A stretch of 32,000 bases of DNA from Candidatus Methanoperedens sp. (GTDB taxonomy: Archaea > Halobacteriota > Methanosarcinia > Methanosarcinales > Methanoperedenaceae), in NCBI GenBank assembly GCA_041494705.1, contig JBGQBI010000001.1, forward strand, positions 360,001 to 392,000. The letters run 5' to 3'. Both the position numbers and the translations under genes were made by a program. Positions within the stretch are counted from its first letter, which is position 1, and each line of letters opens with the position of its first letter. This document shows positions 16,251 to 24,785 of the stretch, piece after piece. A model generated the notes under the pieces. That model was given only the letters and a program-made list of their open reading frames with translations, was not told the origin of the DNA and made no database searches.

Positions 16251-16772
16251 ATGGCAGAAAAACAACCACGGGACGCAAAAACCAAATCGGGCGATGAACT
16301 CCAGCTTGTCGTCTTTAACATAGGCAAAGAAGAGTTCGGCGTGGAGATTATGAGAGTCCAGGAAATCATCCGCATGACCAGTATCACGGGAATTCCCCAG
16401 GCTCCGGCTTATATCAGGGGAATAATCAACCTTCGCGGACGGATTATTGTTGTGCTCAACCTGAATGTGATAATGGGCATGGAAACAAAAGAACTGGACG
16501 AGAATACCCGTATAATAGTGGCAAATATAGATGAAACCGTAATGGGATTCATTGTTGATTCCGTGAGCGAGGTTATCCGGCTTCCTGAAAATAATGTAGA
16601 GCCGGCGCCGGCAGTTATCGCAAGCAAGATAGGCACTGAATATGTGCGGGGCGTTGGCAAGATGGAGGACAGGCTTTTGATTCTCCTTGATCTTGACAAG
16701 ATGCTTGGCAGAAACCAGTTGCTCAGCGTCCAAAAAATATCAACACAGGCGTCAGGCGTTGAGGCTGCATAA
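16251..16772 (+). CDS. cheW: Chemotaxis coupling protein CheW (second copy)
   Basis: 173 aa. By hand count about 125 of 146 aligned residues are identical to the first CheW. Confidence 0.9.
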   Translation: MAEKQPRDAKTKSGDELQLVVFNIGKEEFGVEIMRVQEIIRMTSITGIPQAPAYIRGIINLRGRIIVVLNLNVIMGMETKELDENTRIIVANIDETVMGFIVDSVSEVIRLPENNVEPAPAVIASKIGTEYVRGVGKMEDRLLILLDLDKMLGRNQLLSVQKISTQASGVEAA

Positions 16773-16792
16773 AACCCAGCCCTTTTCTTTTT

Positions 16793-17197
16793 TTATTTTT
16801 CCTTTTTCATATCCAGCGCATCGTTCGATAATGTATCAGTACGGGCATTATCTTCCCTGTTAATCCATTTAAAATCTATTTCCTTAAAATTGCTGCAAAG
16901 TTTTTTTGCCTCGTTGAAAAGCGGTATGAGTTTGTCGCTTTTCACCCTGTATTGTCCGGAAATCTGTTTTATTACAAGCTGGCTGTCCCCGCGCACTTCA
17001 AGTTCCTTGCATTCATGCGCAATTGCAAGTTTTAATCCCTCTACCAGCGCGCTCCATTCTGCGATGTTGTTTGTCCCGGTACCAAGGCGTTTTGAGAGTT
17101 CACCAAGTTTTTTTCCATTTTTCATTAATACAACTCCGATAGCCATTGGTCCGGGATTCCCCCTGCATGCTCCGTCAAAGAATAATATGCAACTCAT
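16793..17197 (-). CDS. rnhA: Ribonuclease HI (type 1 RNase H)
   Basis: 134 aa. FFDGACRGNPGP, NNIAEWSAL, VRGDSQLV and NREDNARTD supply the D-E-D-D catalytic pattern of RNase H1. Confidence 0.8.
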   Translation of the reverse strand: MSCILFFDGACRGNPGPMAIGVVLMKNGKKLGELSKRLGTGTNNIAEWSALVEGLKLAIAHECKELEVRGDSQLVIKQISGQYRVKSDKLIPLFNEAKKLCSNFKEIDFKWINREDNARTDTLSNDALDMKKEK

Positions 17198-17235
17198 AAA
17201 AACTGTTTGAAAAACCTGTTATGATTAAGGAATCG

Positions 17236-17967
17236 TTAAAGCTCTCCTTTTTTCTCTTTTACCTTCTGCACAAGTTCAAAAATCTCCTCTGCTCTTTCGC
17301 CAATAACGCACAGGGTTATGGAACCTTCACCGCCTTCCACGCCTCCTGCTCCTATCGGGAAAACATCCTCTGCGCCCAGAAGTGTTAGCGCTTCCACTTC
17401 GGTAACGACTTTGCCCACAAGCGGCGCCATCCCAACAGGAAGACCCGTTGCTTTAATGCAGCGCTGGATTCCGATTCTTTTTGAAATCTCAATTATCGAA
17501 TATGGAATGGATTTTTCAAGACCCACCGGGATTACAAGATTAATGCCTTTTGCCATGACTGGTCCTGTTATGTTTCCCGTGGTGCCGCCCATAGGATTTG
17601 CCAGCATCACACCTGCTATGCCGTCAGGGTCGATGGCGTTTGCCCCTTTTATGACCACGTCCTGGGATGTCATTTCATTGATTATGTTCTCGGCGCTCAC
17701 TTCCCTACCGTTTTTCAAAGCAATCATGGGCAGTCGTTTTTCCTGCGGCACGACTGCAGCCGTCCCGTCAATGTAACCTGCTGCGTATCTTAAATGGTCA
17801 ATTTTCCTGCCCGTAAGCTCTTCGGCCACATACGCATTGGTGGTGCCGAGGGTTATCAGGATTATTCCCTTTTCCAGCGCCTGCCGGACAACCGGGAGTT
17901 TTTTTACTCCCATGGCAATAATTCTTTTTGATTCACGGGGCGTGAGTGTTACCTGTATCTGTTTCAT
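17236..17967 (-). CDS. Conserved hypothetical protein
   Basis: 243-aa soluble protein with good coding character. The pattern VVIKGANAIDPDGIAGVMLANPMGGTTG loosely recalls the eIF2B/MtnA/LUD (NagB-like fold) signature. I recognised no firm family. Confidence 0.5.
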   Translation of the reverse strand: MKQIQVTLTPRESKRIIAMGVKKLPVVRQALEKGIILITLGTTNAYVAEELTGRKIDHLRYAAGYIDGTAAVVPQEKRLPMIALKNGREVSAENIINEMTSQDVVIKGANAIDPDGIAGVMLANPMGGTTGNITGPVMAKGINLVIPVGLEKSIPYSIIEISKRIGIQRCIKATGLPVGMAPLVGKVVTEVEALTLLGAEDVFPIGAGGVEGGEGSITLCVIGERAEEIFELVQKVKEKKGEL

Positions 17968-18055
17968 AATTCATCACTTTTTGTTCTCAAACGAAATAAT
18001 GTTATTCATGTTATATAGCTAGAGAACTAATTTTTCAAACATATTATTGTGAATA

Positions 18056-18121
18056 CTTTGCGTACTTAGCGCCTTTGCGGTGCGTGTTTTTATTCACCGC
18101 TAAGACGCAAAGGTCGCAAAG
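18056..18121. repeat. REP/BIME-like imperfect palindromic element, copy 1
   Basis: 27-nt arms are ctttgcgtacttagcgcctttgcggtg (18056-18082) and caccgctaagacgcaaaggtcgcaaag (18095-18121). They are complementary at 22/27 positions with a 12-nt loop. The same arm sequences recur at 30486-30557. Confidence 0.8.
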
Positions 18122-18164
18122 ATAGTATTAATTGTTTAGTTTTTAACTATAAATAGCTGGTTGG

Positions 18165-18794
18165 TTACCTGTAGCCGTACTCCCTTTTTGCTTTCATCAA
18201 ATCCCCTATCTTCGTAGAGGTCAAAAGTTCAAAGACAATAAGCAATATGAAAAGATAAAAGAGATTCACCGATGCTGCATTTTCACCATTGTAAACGGCT
18301 ATGAAAGCCACAATCACGGGCGCCGCGATAGTCCCAATAACGCCTGATAAGTGCATGAGCGCCCTTCCCAATGCCTTTGCTTTCAGGTATGAGGAGTAAT
18401 CTATTCTGAGCGTTGGCTCAACCCGCGCCGGGCCATTGAGATAATAATGCGTGAACCTGATGCCGGATAAGGCGCCTGTGATATAATGTGAAAGCGGGTG
18501 AAGCGTGGCCATCAAAATAATGGCGCTAGCATACAACATCCAGTTTGAGGTTGCCTGGAATGCCAGGATTATGGCTGCAATTGTGACAATCGTCTCCAAC
18601 AGGTTCCCAAGAGGGACCTTCAGCGTGAAAGACACCTTTTCCCCAAATCTCTTCCTGCTTGTTTTTTCTATAAGCCCGAGCAGCTCGTCATCATTTACCT
18701 TATCTTTTTTCACCTGATTGACGATTGCCAGGAAATTTTTCCCATTGTAACTCGTTTCAATATTTTTAAGTTCAGCTTTTAATTCGTCGTGCAT
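18165..18794 (-). CDS. Hypothetical membrane protein (about 4 TM helices, soluble N-terminus)
   Basis: 209-aa ORF with hydrophobic segments such as IVTIAAIILAFQ, MLYASAIILMATL, GVIGTIAAPVIVAFIAV and LFYLFILLIVFELL. Its start lies 3 nt from the upstream gene's stop. Confidence 0.55.
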   Translation of the reverse strand: MHDELKAELKNIETSYNGKNFLAIVNQVKKDKVNDDELLGLIEKTSRKRFGEKVSFTLKVPLGNLLETIVTIAAIILAFQATSNWMLYASAIILMATLHPLSHYITGALSGIRFTHYYLNGPARVEPTLRIDYSSYLKAKALGRALMHLSGVIGTIAAPVIVAFIAVYNGENAASVNLFYLFILLIVFELLTSTKIGDLMKAKREYGYR

Positions 18795-18796
18795 AG

Positions 18797-19219
18797 TTAC
18801 CCCTTGACCGTAATAATAATTTCATTACCCTCTATGACTGTATTATTATAAACCAGTTCAGCCTTCGCCTGATATTTTATCTCCGTCCCTGCCGCAAGTG
18901 TTGCTCTTATTTCCACTATCCTGAATCCGGAATCCTCACCCGGGCGCAGAGCGCCTAAATCGTAACTTTCAGGGGTAAAATTCACATAATGGCTATCGCT
19001 TGAGTTCACGCTAAACCGGGCAACAGGATGTATAGTGGATTTCCCGTTATTGGTAACTCTAATCATGACCTCGCCGGTTTCACCGTTCTTGATGGCCACT
19101 TCGGAAGGCTTGAGCTCAAAGACCGTATCTTTAGTTTTAAAAGCATTTTCAGACAAACACCCGGCAAAAAGTATTGAAACAATCAGTCCGGCGACAATTG
19201 CAATGTGCTTAAATGCCAT
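18797..19219 (-). CDS. Hypothetical secreted or lipid-anchored protein with a beta-sandwich (CARDB/NEW3-like) pattern
   Basis: The signal peptide has a lipobox-like motif (IVAGLIVSILFAGC). The body alternates beta-type segments (GEVMIRVTNNGKSTIHPV...LRPGEDSGFRIVEIRATLAAG). Confidence 0.55.
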   Translation of the reverse strand: MAFKHIAIVAGLIVSILFAGCLSENAFKTKDTVFELKPSEVAIKNGETGEVMIRVTNNGKSTIHPVARFSVNSSDSHYVNFTPESYDLGALRPGEDSGFRIVEIRATLAAGTEIKYQAKAELVYNNTVIEGNEIIITVKG

Positions 19220-19222
19220 ATT

Positions 19223-20197
19223 CTAGGGTCTTCTCAGATGCTCGCAGTTCCCTGCGACTATTTTTTCAAGCTTTCCTTCATCAGTTTCAAGAATCAGCGC
19301 GCCTTCATTGTCCACGCCTATCGCTTCACCGTATATTGTCCTGCTCTGGGTTGTAATCTTTACCCATTCCCCGATGGTGGCGGACATATTCCTCCATTCT
19401 TCAAGTATGGACGGGAAATCATCTTTCTGGAATCTCAAATAAAGGGAATCGAATTCCGACAAGAGCTTCTGCACAAAATCGACGCGATTTATCTCACGCC
19501 CCAGCTCTTTTTTCAATGATGTTGAACTGTCCCTGATTTCTTCAGGGAATGATTCGGTATCAACATTGGCATCTATTCCGATACCCACCACACAATATTC
19601 TATCATATCGATTTCCGCCTCAATCTCTGTGAGGATGCCGCATACTTTTTTCCCGTTTATCAAAATGTCGTTGGGCCATTTTATTTTTGCAGGAATACCC
19701 AGGCTTCGGATTGTTTTTGCAACAGATACGCCCGCCATGAGCGTAATTCTCGGCGCATATAACGGCTGTATCCTCGGCTTCAGGATGATAGAAAGCCATA
19801 TCCCGCCTTCCGGTGATAGCCATTTCCGCCCGAGACGCCCGCGCCCGCCTGTCTGTGATTCGGCTATCACAACCGTCCCCTCTTCGACTGAACCTGCCAT
19901 TTCACGGGCAATTATGTTCGTGCTTTCGGTTTCCTTAAAATACTGTATGTTTTTCCCGATAATATTCGTCTTAAGCCCTGCTTTAATCCCGCCCGGAGCC
20001 AATGAGTCCGGAGCGCCGGTCAGGCTGTATCCGATATTTGTCGAAGAGTCAATCGAATATCCTTCATCCCTTAATGCCTTGATATGCTTCCAGATAGCCG
20101 ACCTTGAAACTGAAAGCTCATGGGCGAGTTCCTCACCTGAAATGGACTTCCCTTCATTCGTGATGAGTTTTTCAAGAATTTTATCTTTTATATTCAT
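19223..20197 (-). CDS. birA: Bifunctional biotin-[acetyl-CoA-carboxylase] ligase / biotin operon repressor BirA
   Basis: The N-terminal wHTH is GKSISGEELAHELSVSRSAIWKHIKALRDEGYSI. The ligase core is QTGGRGRLGRKW (GRGRxGR motif) and KWPNDILINGKKVCGIL. Confidence 0.9.
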   Translation of the reverse strand: MNIKDKILEKLITNEGKSISGEELAHELSVSRSAIWKHIKALRDEGYSIDSSTNIGYSLTGAPDSLAPGGIKAGLKTNIIGKNIQYFKETESTNIIAREMAGSVEEGTVVIAESQTGGRGRLGRKWLSPEGGIWLSIILKPRIQPLYAPRITLMAGVSVAKTIRSLGIPAKIKWPNDILINGKKVCGILTEIEAEIDMIEYCVVGIGIDANVDTESFPEEIRDSSTSLKKELGREINRVDFVQKLLSEFDSLYLRFQKDDFPSILEEWRNMSATIGEWVKITTQSRTIYGEAIGVDNEGALILETDEGKLEKIVAGNCEHLRRP

Positions 20198-20300
20198 AAA
20201 GGGTCACGCCCCTTTATGACGTCCCGAGTCACGTCTCGGGAGGACGTGTCCGGGTATGGCGCACCATACCCGTCGTTATATAAAACTTTCATAAAGTTTT
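20196..20300 (-). promoter_or_regulatory. Structured pycA-birA spacer with four inverted repeats
   Basis: The four repeats are: ATAAAGGG-tcacgc-CCCTTTAT (20196-20217, overlapping the birA start codon); ACGTCCCGAG-tcacgt-CTCGGG(agg)ACGT (20219-20247); CGGGTATGG-cgca-CCATACCCG (20251-20272); and AAAACTTT-cat-AAAGTTTT (20282-20300). Confidence 0.6.
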
Positions 20301-21785
20301 TCATTTAGCTCCCCCTGCTCTTGCATTCTGCATATATGCGCCGATAGCAACTGTTATTGCAGCTACTTTCTTATCGTCCGCGCCAAGAGCCGAAGCCAGA
20401 GTTGCGCCTTTTTCTTTTTCAGCCGCTACTATTTTTTCAACCTCTGCTATGATATTATGGTCTTCGATGAAATGCGTGGTCAGTTCACCTCGCCTGAAAT
20501 ATTCGTTATTCATAACAGCTTTGTGGAAAGGTATGTTCGTGGTTACCCCGACAATAATATATTCGTATAAAGCACGTTTCATACGGGCTATGGCTTCATT
20601 CCTGTCCCTGCCCCATACCGTGAGCTTCGAGATAAGCGAATCGTAGAAAGGCGTTATGGTGAATCCTGTGTGCACGCCGCTGTCCACACGCACTCCCGGA
20701 CCACCTGATGAGCGGTATCTTCGCAATTTCCCTGGAGCTGGCGTAAAGTTGTTAAGCGGGTCTTCAGCATTGAGGCGGCATTCAATCGCCCACCCTATCT
20801 GGCGGATATCCTTCTGTTTATAGCTTAACTTCTCTCCTGATGCTATCCTTAACTGTTCCTTAGCAAGATCCACTCCAGTTACGACCTCGGTTATAGGATG
20901 TTCCACCTGCAAACGTGTGTTCATCTCAAGGAAATAGTAGTCGCCTTTTGAATAAAGGAATTCGATGGTTCCTGCATTGGTATAATTGACCGCTGCGGCG
21001 GCTTTTACAGCATCGTCGCCCATCCTTTTTCTCAATTCCGGAGTCATTATGGGAGAAGGGGATTCTTCAATAAGTTTCTGGTGTCTTCGCTGGATAGAAC
21101 ATTCGCGGTCTCCAACGTGGATGATATTTCCGTATGAATCCGCAAGTATCTGGAATTCTATATGGCGCGGCTCTTCAAGGTATTTTTCTATGAATACCGT
21201 GGCATCCCCGAACGATGATTTTGCCACTCTCCGGGTTGATTCGAGGGTTTCCTGAAGTTCGCTTGTTTTCCGCACAACTTTCATCCCTATGCCGCCGCCG
21301 CCTGCCGAAGCTTTCACGATGACAGGATAACCTATCTTTTCTGCAACTTCCACCGCCGTATCCAGGTCTTCGATGCCATTCTCGCTTCCGGGTATGACCG
21401 GGATTCCAGCCGCCCTCATGGTTTTTTTGGCTTCAATTTTGCTTCCCACGCTTTCAATTGTATGACTTGAAGGGCCTATGAATTTTATTCCTTCTTTTTC
21501 GCATCTCCCTGCAAATTCCGGGTTCTCGGCAAGGAAGCCGTAACCGGGATGAATCGCCTCAGCTCCTGTTTTATGCGCAACATCGAGTATGGCATCCATA
21601 TTCAGGTAGCTCTGAACAGCCGGGGCTGGACCTATGGGATAGGCTTCATCCGCATATTTTGCAAATAAAGCATTCTTATCAACCTCACTGTAAACCGCAA
21701 CAGTCTTAATGTCAAGTTCCCTGCACGCACGCATGACACGGATTGCGATTTCACCGCGGTTTGCTATCAATACTTTCCTGAACAT
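20301..21785 (-). CDS. pycA: Pyruvate carboxylase subunit A (biotin carboxylase)
   Basis: 494 aa. [23 protein letters not shown]-grasp [25 protein letters not shown], and its position upstream of the carboxyltransferase/BCCP subunit support the call. Confidence 0.9.
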   Translation of the reverse strand: MFRKVLIANRGEIAIRVMRACRELDIKTVAVYSEVDKNALFAKYADEAYPIGPAPAVQSYLNMDAILDVAHKTGAEAIHPGYGFLAENPEFAGRCEKEGIKFIGPSSHTIESVGSKIEAKKTMRAAGIPVIPGSENGIEDLDTAVEVAEKIGYPVIVKASAGGGGIGMKVVRKTSELQETLESTRRVAKSSFGDATVFIEKYLEEPRHIEFQILADSYGNIIHVGDRECSIQRRHQKLIEESPSPIMTPELRKRMGDDAVKAAAAVNYTNAGTIEFLYSKGDYYFLEMNTRLQVEHPITEVVTGVDLAKEQLRIASGEKLSYKQKDIRQIGWAIECRLNAEDPLNNFTPAPGKLRRYRSSGGPGVRVDSGVHTGFTITPFYDSLISKLTVWGRDRNEAIARMKRALYEYIIVGVTTNIPFHKAVMNNEYFRRGELTTHFIEDHNIIAEVEKIVAAEKEKGATLASALGADDKKVAAITVAIGAYMQNARAGGAK

Positions 21786-21789
21786 GTCT

Positions 21790-23505
21790 TCACCCGATTA
21801 CGAGCAATACATCCCCTGCGCTCACCGTGCTGCCTTCTTTAACTAATATGTCTTTCACGGCGCCGCCATGGGGTGCATGGATATTGTTTTCCATCTTCAT
21901 GGCTTCAAGAACCATCACGACATCGCCTTTAGCTACCGAGTCGCCCTTTTTCACCTTTATTTTGAGAACCATCCCCTGCATGCTCGCTGTAACGGCGCCG
22001 TCCACTGCTTTTGGCCTTTCCGCCGCTTCTGCGGGGCGAACTGACATTCCGCCTCCGGCGGACACGATTTTAACATTGAATAAATCGCCGTCAACCTCCA
22101 CTTTGAACTCGGTTGGCAGGGGCGCAGCTTTCCCGTTATTGGGTTTTGGAGCCTCAAGCGCTTCTTCCTTAGCTTCCCCGCGCAAGAATTTTGGAGCTAT
22201 CGCCGGATACAGCGCATACGTCAGGATATCTTCCGGTTTTTTGACAATTCCGAGAGCTTCCGCCTCTTTTGTCACCCTCTCAAGCTCAGGAGGCAAAAGG
22301 TCAGCAGGCCGGCATGTAATGGGTTTTTCATCCCCGAGTATTTTAGTGATTATCTCCCTGCTTATCGGGGCAGGCGTGCGCCCGTACAAACCCTTGACAT
22401 AATCCTTCACTTCTTTCGGTACTATCTTGTAGCGCTCACCCATCAGCACGTTCAGCACGGCCTGCGTGCCCACTATCTGGCTCGTGGGCGTAACAAGCGG
22501 GGGATAACCCAGTTCTTCACGTACCCGCGGCATCTCAGCAAGGACAGCTTCGTATTTGTCAAGCGCATTCTGCTCTTTTAACTGCGATACGAGATTGGAG
22601 AGCATTCCTCCCGGAATCTGGTATTTTAGCACGTTCGTGTCAATTCTTTCCGAAATGGGGTCAAGGATGCCGCGATATTTTTCCTTTAATTCTTCGAAGT
22701 ATTTCTTTATCTCTGTGAGAAGAAGCAGGTCAAGTCCCGTATCATAAGGCGTCCCGCGCAGCGCAGCTACGGTCGTTTCCGTTGGCGGCTGTGATGTACC
22801 CCATGCAAAAGGCGAGAAAGCTGTATCAAGAATATCAACCCCTGCCTCGCATGCAAACATGTAGCTCATGGGAGCCATCCCGCTCGTGCAATGGCTGTGC
22901 AGGTCAACAGGAATGCTGATTTCTTCCTTCAGGGCGCTCACAAGGTCATAGGCGTTCTGCGGCGAGATGAGACCTGCCATATCCTTGATGCATAGTGAAT
23001 CACATCCCATTTCCTCAAGCTCCTTTGCCATCTTTACATACAGCGGAATGGGATGTACCGGGCTGATTGTGTAACATACAGTGCCCTGCACATGGGCGCC
23101 CACACGCTTTGCGGTTTTAATCGATACTTCCATGTTCCTGATGTCGTTTACAGCATCGAAAATCCTGAAAATATCAATGCCGGATTCGGCGGCATGTTCC
23201 ACGAATTTGACAACAATGTCATCAGAATAATGCCTGTAACCCACGAGGTTCTGACCGCGAAGGAGCATCTGGAGCGGGGTTTTCCTGATGACCTTTTTAA
23301 GCGCCCGGAGCCTGTCCCACGGGTCTTCGTTTAAATAGCGTATTGAGGCGTCGAAGGTCGCGCCGCCCCATACCTCGAGAGAGAAAAAGCCTGCCTCGTC
23401 CATCTTTTCTGCAATGGGAAGCATGTCCCTTGTTCGCATACGTGTGGCGATGAGGGATTGGTGGGCGTCGCGGAGGGTTGTGTCTGTGAGTTTTACAGGA
23501 GCCAT
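21790..23505 (-). CDS. pycB: Pyruvate carboxylase subunit B (carboxyltransferase + biotin carboxyl carrier domain)
   Basis: 571 aa. It has [24 protein letters not shown] and a C-terminal biotinyl domain with EAMKMEN. It is also related to oxaloacetate decarboxylase alpha subunits. Confidence 0.9.
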   Translation of the reverse strand: MAPVKLTDTTLRDAHQSLIATRMRTRDMLPIAEKMDEAGFFSLEVWGGATFDASIRYLNEDPWDRLRALKKVIRKTPLQMLLRGQNLVGYRHYSDDIVVKFVEHAAESGIDIFRIFDAVNDIRNMEVSIKTAKRVGAHVQGTVCYTISPVHPIPLYVKMAKELEEMGCDSLCIKDMAGLISPQNAYDLVSALKEEISIPVDLHSHCTSGMAPMSYMFACEAGVDILDTAFSPFAWGTSQPPTETTVAALRGTPYDTGLDLLLLTEIKKYFEELKEKYRGILDPISERIDTNVLKYQIPGGMLSNLVSQLKEQNALDKYEAVLAEMPRVREELGYPPLVTPTSQIVGTQAVLNVLMGERYKIVPKEVKDYVKGLYGRTPAPISREIITKILGDEKPITCRPADLLPPELERVTKEAEALGIVKKPEDILTYALYPAIAPKFLRGEAKEEALEAPKPNNGKAAPLPTEFKVEVDGDLFNVKIVSAGGGMSVRPAEAAERPKAVDGAVTASMQGMVLKIKVKKGDSVAKGDVVMVLEAMKMENNIHAPHGGAVKDILVKEGSTVSAGDVLLVIG

Positions 23506-23553
23506 GGTTTCTTTGGCTTAATTGGCGTTGTTGTTATTTAATTTATGGTATTT

Positions 23554-24693
23554 TTAATGGTTTTTCTGATTCAGTTCCCTCACAACCCCCTTTATCTCCT
23601 CAATCCCTGCATCCGTCTTGAACGAAATTCCGGAAAAATGTGTCCGTGAAGCTTGAAAACCTCTCTCTCTCAAAGCAGAAATAAGGTCGACCGTCGACAT
23701 CGCAGTTATCCCAAGGGTTTTACACACTTTATGAATGTCGTAATGCATCGGAATATCAAGCTCATCCCTGCATGTGGCAATGAGTTTCAGAGCTTCCTTA
23801 AATCCCCGTTTTTCAATCTCACCGAGTAACTCCCCGCAAAAATCGCTATCATGCAGCCTTCCAAGCCAGAGAGGCCCGGCAAGCGATGTGGTGTGCCCGC
23901 ACACATGGCATTTCTCTTCCATGTGTACCGCAAGCCCGTATTTCCACTCCCTTGCGCCGCAGCCAAAGCAGTGGGAAATGAATCCCATATTCTTCAAACA
24001 TTCATCCGCCTCGTTGATTCCTTTTTTTACTGTTGCAAAAAGCCTGACATAATGCGCCGAAGCGTAGGATAAAAGAGGCGTCATGGCTTTATCGTGCTTC
24101 GCCAGAGTCCTCGCTACAGCGCCCATGAGGATGCGGACTCCCATCTCAGGATAATACTCGGTCTTAAGGGGAACGGCGGCATAGTTCCTGATACCAGCTT
24201 TCTTGTGCGCGCCGCAAAGTGGCGCCGTATCTGTGGCTGTAATGCACAGGAGGCGCTTTGTCGAGCGGCATGCTGCGTCCAAAAACGGCGCCGGGCTTCC
24301 GAAAGGGTCAAGGTCTATGATGTCGAAGCTGTTGTCAAGCATCACCACGTTGGCGTTTCTTTTAATCGCTGTGCAATTTGCGAGGGCGTTGAGTTCGATA
24401 TTTTTCTTTATCAGTTCAAAGGATGTATCTTCCCAATCGCTCATCGTGATATTGAGCCCGACCTCTTTTGCGATGCGAAGTCCCCGGATTCCTGACGCTG
24501 AGAGGGCGTCAAGGTATGTGTATTCGGGATTATTTTTTGAGAAACATGCTATTGCTGCCACGGCTACATCACGGTTCATTTGCATTGCGGGATTGTAGAA
24601 TACTGCGACCGAAGATGGGGGGAAATTCGAGTCTTCATCCGGGACTGGCACCTCAACACTTGTTGTACCTTCAATGATGATTTTGGTGAGCAT
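23554..24693 (-). CDS. trm1: tRNA (guanine(26)-N(2))-dimethyltransferase Trm1
   Basis: 379 aa. FYNPAMQMNRD, LDALSASGIRGLR, IDLDPFGSPAPFLDAA and a C-terminal Cys cluster (CFGCG...CHVCGH) are typical of Trm1. Confidence 0.85.
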   Translation of the reverse strand: MLTKIIIEGTTSVEVPVPDEDSNFPPSSVAVFYNPAMQMNRDVAVAAIACFSKNNPEYTYLDALSASGIRGLRIAKEVGLNITMSDWEDTSFELIKKNIELNALANCTAIKRNANVVMLDNSFDIIDLDPFGSPAPFLDAACRSTKRLLCITATDTAPLCGAHKKAGIRNYAAVPLKTEYYPEMGVRILMGAVARTLAKHDKAMTPLLSYASAHYVRLFATVKKGINEADECLKNMGFISHCFGCGAREWKYGLAVHMEEKCHVCGHTTSLAGPLWLGRLHDSDFCGELLGEIEKRGFKEALKLIATCRDELDIPMHYDIHKVCKTLGITAMSTVDLISALRERGFQASRTHFSGISFKTDAGIEEIKGVVRELNQKNH

Positions 24694-24785
24694 TGGAGTG
24701 CCACATTTAGCATGAATAGTTTATAAGTTATTTGTATGATGCGGATGGATAAAAATTGTAAAAAGTTGGAGAAAATGTATCTGGA

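Larger units (their letters stand above)
12808..16772 (+). repeat. Tandem segmental duplication: [HAMP + MCP signalling domain + cheW] x2 (about 12808-14599 and 14949-16772)
   Basis: Long stretches are near-identical at nucleotide level. An example is ...gaccagacaaacct(c/t)cttgc...gcaagagcaggagagcacggcaggggttttgc... at 13366-13440 versus 15497-15571. Promoter boxes are also duplicated. Confidence 0.85.

Noticed and set aside
18047-18053. An extra TTCACAA box (minus strand) upstream of the 243-aa hypothetical gene, and TTCACCC near 29890 upstream of the PUA gene, as further members of the taxis promoter motif.
   Set aside because: Their spacing to the nearest TATA-like element differs from the fixed N5 arrangement, and the box is single or degenerate. 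I treat them as background occurrences, though they add to the caveat that the single box may be a general promoter-proximal element.
19566-20219. 217-aa plus-strand ORF overlapping birA. Comparable antisense ORFs are 21827-22402 in pycB, 25728-26258 in the DUF1464 gene, 9974-10414 in arlCDE and 7208-7657 in the HEAT gene.
   Set aside because: In each case the opposite strand carries a gene with clear family motifs. The antisense products are S/P/F-rich with no domain signature.
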